The notes under the pieces are model-generated. The model saw nothing but the letters and a program-made list of their open reading frames with translations, did not search any database and was not told the DNA's origin. A stretch of 4,285 nt of DNA from a virus (lineage: Duplodnaviria > Heunggongvirae > Uroviricota > Caudoviricetes), in IMG/VR virus record IMGVR_UViG_2728369591_000004, positions 1-4,285 of that record; one strand, 5' to 3'. A program made the position numbers and the translations under genes. Numbering within the stretch: position 1 is the stretch's first letter; the number at the start of each line of letters is the position of its first letter. Positions 1 through 4,285 of this stretch are shown here, piece by piece.

Positions 1-46
1 GCACCTCAAAAACACCATCATACACTAAATCAGTAAGTTGGCAGCA

Positions 47-328
47 TCACCCATCCGAGCATCTGCGTTTCTTCGCGATAGAACGCAGTGAGATACCTAT
101 AACAAAGTGAGCAATGATCAGTTCATATTCTTCTGGTTTATATTTACGCAACCGCACCACACAACCGTCTATCATGATCCCTTCATCATCATCACACTGG
201 AGGCGTGACTTTTTACCGTGTGGTAAAAGCCCCTTGAAGCCTGCCGCGATCGGCTGCCAGTCCACTCCGCTGTTATCTGCTGCTGCCCATGCTCCCCAGC
301 GGTCCAAAACCTCGTACATATCACGCAT
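47..328 (-). CDS. Q: Phage antitermination protein Q-like (phage 21/82, QuuD-like family), 93 aa, possibly C-terminally short
   Basis: ATG at 328-326 preceded by GGAGAG with 5-nt spacing; the ORF track's TTG at 343 is probably an artefact. Translation MRDMYEVLDRWGAWAA...IAAGFKGL...SRLQCDDD...GC..RL.K...CSDG matches, from memory, the conserved pattern of DLP12 QuuD (MRDIQMVLERWGAWAA...SIAAGFKGL...CCDDD...CCSDG). Stop TGA at 49-47; QuuD as I recall it is about 127 aa, so this copy may lack about 30 C-terminal residues. Confidence 0.7.
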   Translation of the reverse strand: MRDMYEVLDRWGAWAAADNSGVDWQPIAAGFKGLLPHGKKSRLQCDDDEGIMIDGCVVRLRKYKPEEYELIIAHFVIGISLRSIAKKRRCSDG

Positions 329-345
329 CAAATCTCTCCACAAAA

Positions 346-735
346 TCAGGCCAGCACACCAATTGCCAGCGCGCGATCGATAAATCGAAAAATTAGCTCC
401 AGTTGGGAACCATACTTCTCTTCAAATGCCACAGTGTCCACATGCAACTCGTCGTGATGCTTTCTGCACAAAGGCAATACAAAGAGGTCATGCGCTTTTG
501 TACCCTGGCGACGCGCCTTACGCGTTAACCAGCCTTCTGCTTCCAGCCGTGCGATAGCCGTTCTGACGGTACTCATCCCCGCGCCAATCTGGCGGGCAAT
601 GGTTTCAATTGATGGCCAGCACACACCTTCGTCATTACTGAAATCAGCCAGGCGGGCCATAATTGCCACACTGGATAATTTCATGCCTGACGCTGCGCAA
701 CCATCCCATACATAGCCGGTTAATTTAGTGCTCAT
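346..735 (-). CDS. HTH_36-type DNA-binding protein resembling the N-terminal domain of phage replication initiators (O-like), with an atypical Cys/His-containing C-terminus; possible deletion fusion
   Basis: ATG at 735-733 with AGAGG about 6 nt upstream. Residues about 18-80 (LSSVAIMARLADFSNDEGVCWPSIETIARQIGAGMSTVRTAIARLEAEGWLTRKARRQG) fit the PF13730-like pattern (LaLadhan.dG.cwPS.etLA...G.S.rTV.RAl..LeE.GLl). The C-terminal 45 aa (LPLCRKHHDELH...) do not continue the usual replication-protein pattern. Stop TGA at 348-346, 17 nt before the Q start. Confidence 0.55.
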   Translation of the reverse strand: MSTKLTGYVWDGCAASGMKLSSVAIMARLADFSNDEGVCWPSIETIARQIGAGMSTVRTAIARLEAEGWLTRKARRQGTKAHDLFVLPLCRKHHDELHVDTVAFEEKYGSQLELIFRFIDRALAIGVLA

Positions 736-1083
736 GACCGACCTCTATTTCCCTGAATTTACGACGAAACTGTTCGAGCGGGCTGAAGCACTCATGCTCA
801 TAGCCTTCGCGGAGGTAGATAACCCGTTGTGTTTCCGGCTCCCAACGAATGACTCTGACGGGCACTCCGTAGTGATCTTTGAACCAGCGGTTAACTTCTC
901 GCAAAGGACTGTCTCCTTCTGCCGGTTGAAATCCCCCACAGCCCACTCAGCAAAGCTGTGGGTTACAATTTCCCTGTCACCTGGTACATTCACTGCATAG
1001 CAATACTCCACCTTCGCTTTTCCACCCGGTACAGGAAGCGCAATCAGTTGCGAGTGACGGTAGTGTGTTGTTAAACTGTTCAT
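725..1083 (-). pseudogene. Small phage protein of unknown function, interrupted by a -1 frameshift at a G5 (plus-strand C5) run at 933-937
   Basis: ATG at 1083-1081 overlaps the upstream TGA (ATGA coupling), with GGAGA upstream. The N-terminal 50 codons in this frame look protein-like ([50 protein letters not shown]). After the G5 run, that frame turns Ser-rich and low-complexity, while the -1 frame (725..946) reads [53 protein letters not shown] and ends with TAA overlapping the next gene's start. One extra G would join the two frames into about 120 aa. Confidence 0.4.
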
Positions 1084-1631
1084 GCGTTAGTTTCTCCACA
1101 GTCACGACACGCCACGGCGCCCGGAGCTGCACACTCGCGGGCGTCATTACTTTCTGAAATGCAAAATATTTTGTAGACCAGTGCTGCATGCTCCTGCAGC
1201 TTCGAAATTGAGAGATACAGCTCGTCGTTAATTGCTGTCTTCTCATGCGGTTCCACTACACCGTCTTCAATTGCTGAACGAATCTGTTTTGAATAACTGC
1301 CGATCTGTTCAATGACCTCCAGCAGGCGTTGGTTGATATCGGCGTTGTCCACATCCTCGACATCAGGAAGAGACACAAAGACGCCATTTGCAGACTGCGC
1401 CACAGCGTCAGCAATGAAGTGAGTTCCACCAGCACGTTGCAAAATCATTGCCCATCCCAGCGGGAAAATCTGATCGCCATCGGCACGAAGGCGGTTAAAT
1501 AATGCGTTCTCTGTTACATCCAGCCAGTCAGCAGCTTCAGCGTACCCCCCCGGCAACGCTGCGATAGTTTTTCTGACAGCTTTCACGTACCACTCAGGCT
1601 GTTTTTCTACTTTCCAGTGATGCTTACCCAC
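1080..1631 (-). CDS. Phage CII-like regulatory protein (putative Phage_CP76 / YdaT-type), 183 aa
   Basis: GTG start at 1631-1629 preceded by AGGAGG with 6-nt spacing; it overlaps the cro-like stop by 8 nt. Its position directly downstream of cro matches lambda cII and the Rac/CP-933P ydaT arrangement. The segment [35 protein letters not shown] resembles, from memory, the HTH region of 186-CII/CP76-family proteins. The C-terminus carries a Cys-containing tail ([14 protein letters not shown]). Family assignment is moderate; gene presence is high. Confidence 0.55.
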   Translation of the reverse strand: MGKHHWKVEKQPEWYVKAVRKTIAALPGGYAEAADWLDVTENALFNRLRADGDQIFPLGWAMILQRAGGTHFIADAVAQSANGVFVSLPDVEDVDNADINQRLLEVIEQIGSYSKQIRSAIEDGVVEPHEKTAINDELYLSISKLQEHAALVYKIFCISESNDARECAAPGAVACRDCGETNA

Positions 1632-1884
1632 GGTTCACCTCCTGTTCCTGTGGTTTAAACCCATTCTGGTTTTGGCTAGATTGAAAACGTGCCGGATAAA
1701 GAATCTGCATTTCGCTGACTTCACCCTTAAAAAAATTGGCTAATCGTTCTGCAAGCTCGATAGATGGAATCTGCTCCAGCCTCTCAATACGACTCAACGT
1801 CGCTGGATTGACTTGAACACCCGCAGCAACATGCTGCAAAGTGAAACCATGCGCCTTACGCACATTTCGTAATGGTGATTGCAT
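1624..1884 (-). CDS. cro: Cro-like XRE-family HTH transcriptional regulator, 86 aa
   Basis: ATG at 1884-1882 with AGAGGG 3 nt upstream. The segment LRNVRKAHGFTLQHVAAGVQVNPATLSRIERLEQIPSIELAERLANFF is a typical Cro/C1-type HTH. It is divergently transcribed from the CI-like repressor across a 97-bp operator-rich intergenic region. Confidence 0.8.
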   Translation of the reverse strand: MQSPLRNVRKAHGFTLQHVAAGVQVNPATLSRIERLEQIPSIELAERLANFFKGEVSEMQILYPARFQSSQNQNGFKPQEQEVNRG

Positions 1885-1981
1885 ATGCCCTCTAAATATT
1901 GCGCGTTATGCATGTCATTTCACGCAATTATTTTGCGCAAGTTGATTTGCTTATCACGCAATAAAGAAATGTAATAAACGC
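1885..1981. promoter_or_regulatory. OR-like divergent promoter/operator region between cro and cI
   Basis: The 97-bp intergenic region contains 15-bp sites with TTGC-N7-GCAA symmetry: 1899-1913 TTGCGCGTTATGCAT, 1913-1927 TGTCATTTCACGCAA and 1947-1961 TTGCTTATCACGCAA, plus the palindrome TTGCGCAA at 1933-1940. TCACGCAAT occurs at 1920-1928 and 1954-1962. Exact -35/-10 elements were not confidently assigned. Confidence 0.6.
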
Positions 1982-2674
1982 ATGAACATAGGAAACCGAG
2001 TCAGACAACTTCGCCAAGCGAAGAACATGAAAATCGCCGATCTCGCTGAAGCAATAGGAGTAGATGCGGCGAACATCTCGCGCTTAGAAACGGGTAAGCA
2101 AAAACAATTTACCGAACAAACACTGAGTAATATTGCCAAGAGCTTAGGTGTTGATATTGCTGATCTCTTTACCTCTGCCCACAAAAGTAATACTGTATAT
2201 AAAAACAGTAATAATGAGGATGTTGCGCAGGTGAAGGATGTGTTCCGTATTGAAATGCTGGATATCAGTGCCAGTGCGGGAAATGGCCTTATCCAGGGCG
2301 GTGATGTCATTGATGTGATTCATGCCATCGAATACAGAACTGATAATGCTGTATCAATGTTCGGCGGACGACCAGCCAATCACATCAAAGTTATCAACGT
2401 TCGTGGGGACAGTATGTGTCCAACCATTGAGCCAGGAGATCTCATCTTCGTTGATATCAGCATCAATCAGTTTGATGGTGATGGTATATATGTCTTTGGT
2501 TTTGATGACAAAATATACGTTAAAAGACTTCAAATGATTCCTGACAAACTGCTGGTGATTTCTGATAACCAGATTTACCGTGAATGGGGAATTACTAGCG
2601 AAAACGAACACCGATTCATGGTCTTTGGAAAGGTCTTAATCAGTCAGTCGCAAACCCTTAAGAGACATAATTAA
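1982..2674 (+). CDS. cI: Phage CI-like repressor: N-terminal XRE HTH plus C-terminal S24 (LexA-like) autopeptidase domain, 230 aa
   Basis: N-terminus RVRQLRQAKNMKIADLAEAIGVDAANISRLETGKQ is an HTH. The C-terminal domain has the catalytic Ser in GDSM (S144, nt about 2411-2413), Lys in VKRL (K181) and a candidate Ala-Gly cleavage site (A99-G100 in ISASAGNG). The SD before ATG 1982 is weak (aataaacgcATG), so the transcript may be leaderless or short-leader like lambda PRM. Stop TAA at 2672-2674. Confidence 0.9.
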   Translation: MNIGNRVRQLRQAKNMKIADLAEAIGVDAANISRLETGKQKQFTEQTLSNIAKSLGVDIADLFTSAHKSNTVYKNSNNEDVAQVKDVFRIEMLDISASAGNGLIQGGDVIDVIHAIEYRTDNAVSMFGGRPANHIKVINVRGDSMCPTIEPGDLIFVDISINQFDGDGIYVFGFDDKIYVKRLQMIPDKLLVISDNQIYREWGITSENEHRFMVFGKVLISQSQTLKRHN

Positions 2675-2693
2675 CCTCAATATCCCATCCATC

Positions 2694-2716
2694 GGCCACC
2701 TAAAGGTGGCTTTTTA
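2694..2716 (+). terminator. Rho-independent terminator downstream of cI
   Basis: Stem GCCACC (2695-2700), loop TAAA, stem GGTGGC (2705-2710), followed by TTTTT (2711-2715), about 20 nt after the cI stop. Confidence 0.7.
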
Positions 2717-2728
2717 TTACCTATAAAT

Positions 2729-2765
2729 TTGCATATCTCGCAAATATCACTTGCATATCTCGCAA
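2729..2765. promoter_or_regulatory. OL-like operator pair: two direct copies of TTGCATATCTCGCAA
   Basis: Identical 15-mers at 2729-2743 and 2751-2765, 22 bp centre to centre. Each has TTGC-N7-GCAA symmetry and matches the OR site 1947-1961 (TTGCTTATCACGCAA) at 13 of 15 positions. TTGCAT could serve as a -35 and TATCTT (2774-2779) as a weak -10 for rightward transcription. The position after cI parallels lambda OL/PL. Confidence 0.5.
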
Positions 2766-2931
2766 TTTAATTTTATCTTTTGTTCCAGACCAACTACAGG
2801 ATTACAACAAAATCTGGTTGCAACACGGTGCATGTGTCGTAAGCAGTCAGTAAATGTCAAAAACGAACAGGCAGGACGCCCACGAAGTAGCCGCCTGGGG
2901 CATATGAAGTCCAGGATGATTCGTTAGCAAC

Positions 2932-2954
2932 AAAAAAGCGTCCTACAGGACGCT
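2932..2954 (-). terminator. GC-rich hairpin with a U6 tract on the minus strand: intrinsic terminator for the antigen 43 remnant transcript
   Basis: Stem GCGTCC (2938-2943), loop TACA, stem GGACGC (2948-2953); plus-strand A6 at 2932-2937 gives UUUUUU after the hairpin on the minus strand. The stop codon of the minus-strand ORF (2945-2943) lies inside the hairpin. On the plus strand the same hairpin lies directly 5' of the boxA-like element. Confidence 0.5.
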
Positions 2955-2955
2955 T

Positions 2956-2968
2956 AGCTCTTTAACAA
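2956..2968 (+). promoter_or_regulatory. boxA-like antitermination element (GCTCTTTAACAAT)
   Basis: Plus-strand GCTCTTTAACAAT matches the rrn/lambdoid boxA consensus (T/C)GCTCTTTAACAA at 12 of 12 positions after the first base. It sits in the leader between the OL-like operators and the strong RBS/ATG at 3001-3016, where a nutL site is expected. Confidence 0.4.
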
Positions 2969-3000
2969 TCTGGTCCCCATCAACAAGTAACTGATAACTT

Positions 3001-3050
3001 GAGGAGGTGTGAAATGCACAAAACAGAACCAAAAATCGTCGCGCCCGGAT
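3001..3050 (+). other. Orphan translation start: strong RBS plus ATG and 12 codons (MHKTEPKIVAPG) of a truncated first early-left gene, possibly N-like
   Basis: GAGGAGG (3001-3007), 6-nt spacer, ATG 3014-3016. After about 12 codons the plus-strand sequence becomes the antisense of the antigen 43 remnant (junction about 3050); the remaining ORF to 3190 is low-complexity antisense. Identity cannot be determined from 12 residues. Confidence 0.3.
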
Positions 3051-4285
3051 GCCCAGACGGAAGCCGGCACGCACATGTTGTGCACTGCCATGCCCGAACT
3101 TCACATAACCGGCGTTATCCTGGCCGTCATCCAGGGAGAGTCCCTGCCAGGTGTACTGCAGTTGCGGCTCCAGCATCAGATTGTCAGTGATACTGAAGGG
3201 CAGACCGGTTTCCAGTGAGCCCAGCCAGCCCCAGCCCCGGGCGCGGAAGTCGTTATTGTCCGATGACGCTTTCATGCTGTGGCGGGTTCCCTGTGCCACA
3301 ATGTCAGCCCACAGGCCGGAGGACGTGTGTGTCAGATTCAGGTATCCGCCCAGGCTGCCGGCATCATCCCGGACCGTGCCGGCGCGGGAACCGTCATCAT
3401 CCTTAACATCAACGGAAGAATGGCCTGCAGCACCATATACCCCTGTCGTCAGAGACATACCGGCAACCTCTGTTCTCAGCAGGTCACCCTCCAGACGGAC
3501 GAAGCCATAGCTGCCGCTGCTTTCCGGCGTGGCTCCACGGGCAATACCCCCCATTCAGCGTGGTATCCAGTGCGTGACCATGTACAGTCTGGTCGCCGCC
3601 GGCATAAACCACAGTGGTATTTGCCGTTCCTTCAGCAGCCACAATCTGACGACCATTTTTATTGATGGTGGTGCGTACGGCATCTCCGTAGACGGTCTGC
3701 CCTGTATCACCATTTTCTGCATCCGGTCCCCCTTCCGCGCCGGTATTCACAACCGTGTCGGTTGCCATTGCGCCGGATTTGACGGCCTGCCAGCCCTTCT
3801 CATTAATGACGGTACCCGTTGCAATCCCGCCTTCATGTACCCACTGCTCACCGCCGTTCAGAGTGGTATTCACTGCCTGCCCCTGAAGGCTCTGTCCGCC
3901 TCCGGCACTGATAACCGTGTCTGAAACGCTTCCTCCGGCATTCACTCTCTGAAGACCACCACCGGTGACAGTAGTGTTGTTGGCGGTACCGCCATTTTGT
4001 ATCCATTGGCCGCCGGTATTCGCCTCGTTATCCGGCCCATACTCCAGCCCGGTACTGATGGTCATTCCGTTGGCCGTACCGAGAACAATCTGGTTGTCAT
4101 GATTTGTCAGTGTTCCGCCGCTCACGGTTTCTCCCGCCTGTACGACCGTGTCAGCAGCCAGTGCCGGGACTGATGTGACAGCAGCAAGAGACAGCACAAT
4201 CGCCACACCGGCGCATTTTCCCCGTGAGCGGGCCAGTTCGGAAGCCACCACCAGGGTGCCCGTAATGTGATTCCATACCAGCCTG

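Larger units (their letters stand above)
2943..4285 (-). pseudogene. flu: Antigen 43 (Ag43/flu) self-associating autotransporter remnant: 5' end beyond the window, internal deletion with frameshift, 3' truncation
   Basis: Minus-strand translation from the window end reads RLVWNHITGTLVVASELARSRGK...AVTSVPALAADTVVQAGETVSGGTLTNHDNQIVLGTANGMTISTGLEYGPDNEANTGGQW... to ...HALDTTLNGG, matching from memory Ag43 residues about 10-270 (extended signal peptide plus alpha-domain start). The true ATG is about 8 codons beyond 4285. At about 3545-3557 the sequence jumps to GIARGATPESSGSYGFVRLEGDL...GHGSAQHVRAGFRLG (Ag43 about 700-870, start of the beta-barrel) in a different frame, with the shift at a C6 run (3547-3552). 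Homology ends near 3051, followed by 35 unrelated codons and a stop at 2945-2943. Confidence 0.85.

Noticed and set aside
114-1246. ORFs 114..383 (+), 728..1000 (+) and 977..1246 (-)
   Set aside because: They are antisense to or in alternative frames of the Q-like, small ORF and CII-like genes; they lack ribosome-binding sites and look like out-of-frame translations (Ser/Pro/Arg-rich).
1624-1631. cro / CII-like 8-nt overlap as evidence of a programmed frameshift or fusion
   Set aside because: The CII-like gene has its own strong SD (AGGAGG) and a GTG start in a different frame; a short stop/start overlap is ordinary translational coupling in phage operons.
1954-2611. ORFs 1954..2310 (-), 2322..2537 (+) and 2354..2611 (-) overlapping cI
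   Set aside because: They lie inside or antisense to the well-supported CI-like repressor gene, have no RBS, and their translations are hydrophobic or low-complexity without domain-like patterns.
2770-2935. Possible small ORF or sRNA in the 165-bp untranslated stretch between the OL-like operators and the hairpin
   Set aside because: Only 6-15 codon ORFs without an RBS on either strand. The stems I could find (CCAGA...TCTGG at 2785-2817; CCTGG...CCAGG near 2895-2915) are short with long loops. The stretch is better explained as a PL-type leader; I cannot exclude an sRNA.
2811-2974. Repeated 8-mer AATCTGGT (2811-2818 and 2967-2974) and 7-mer AGGACGC (about 2874 and 2948)
   Set aside because: Short repeats of this length are expected by chance in 4.3 kb and show no consistent spacing or symmetry.
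3009-3924. Plus-strand ORFs 2999..3190, 3009..3218, 3151..3510, 3215..3406, 3279..3665 and 3529..3924 (63-131 aa)
   Set aside because: All are antisense to the clearly recognisable Ag43 coding sequence; their products are Pro/Arg/Gly/Cys-rich and low-complexity, as expected from the reverse frame of a GC-rich, Gly/Thr-rich beta-helix gene. Only the first 12 codons after the strong RBS at 3001-3016 look like a genuine, truncated start.
1-4285. Search for tRNA/rRNA genes, CRISPR arrays, IS element ends, integrase or att sites, and defence-system genes
   Set aside because: No cloverleaf-like or rRNA-like segments, no regularly spaced direct repeats, no terminal inverted repeats or transposase-like ORFs, and no nuclease, ATPase or other defence-type ORFs were seen; every substantial ORF is explained by the prophage regulatory module or the Ag43 remnant.

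Overview
This window reads as a degenerate lambdoid (cryptic) prophage regulatory region joined to an inverted remnant of the antigen 43 (flu) autotransporter gene. Positions 47-2674 carry a compact immunity and early-right module: a CI-like repressor (+ strand, XRE-HTH plus S24 peptidase) divergent from a minus-strand operon of cro-like, CII-like, a small frameshifted ORF, an HTH_36 replication-initiator-like protein and a Q-like antiterminator. No O/P-type replication genes or nin region lie between the CII-like gene and Q. Related 15-bp TTGC-N7-GCAA operator-like sites occur both between cI and cro and downstream of cI. Downstream of cI there is a terminator, a leader with an rrn/nut-type boxA match beside a GC hairpin, and a strong RBS plus ATG whose reading frame survives for only 12 codons before a junction near 3050. 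From there to the window end the minus strand encodes an antigen 43 pseudogene: its 5' end lies beyond 4285, it has a large internal deletion with a 1-nt frameshift at a C6 run near 3547-3552, and its 3' end is replaced by phage-derived sequence. I found no tRNA, rRNA, CRISPR array or IS element, and no convincing novel multi-gene system. All homology statements are from memory of protein families; no database search was run.
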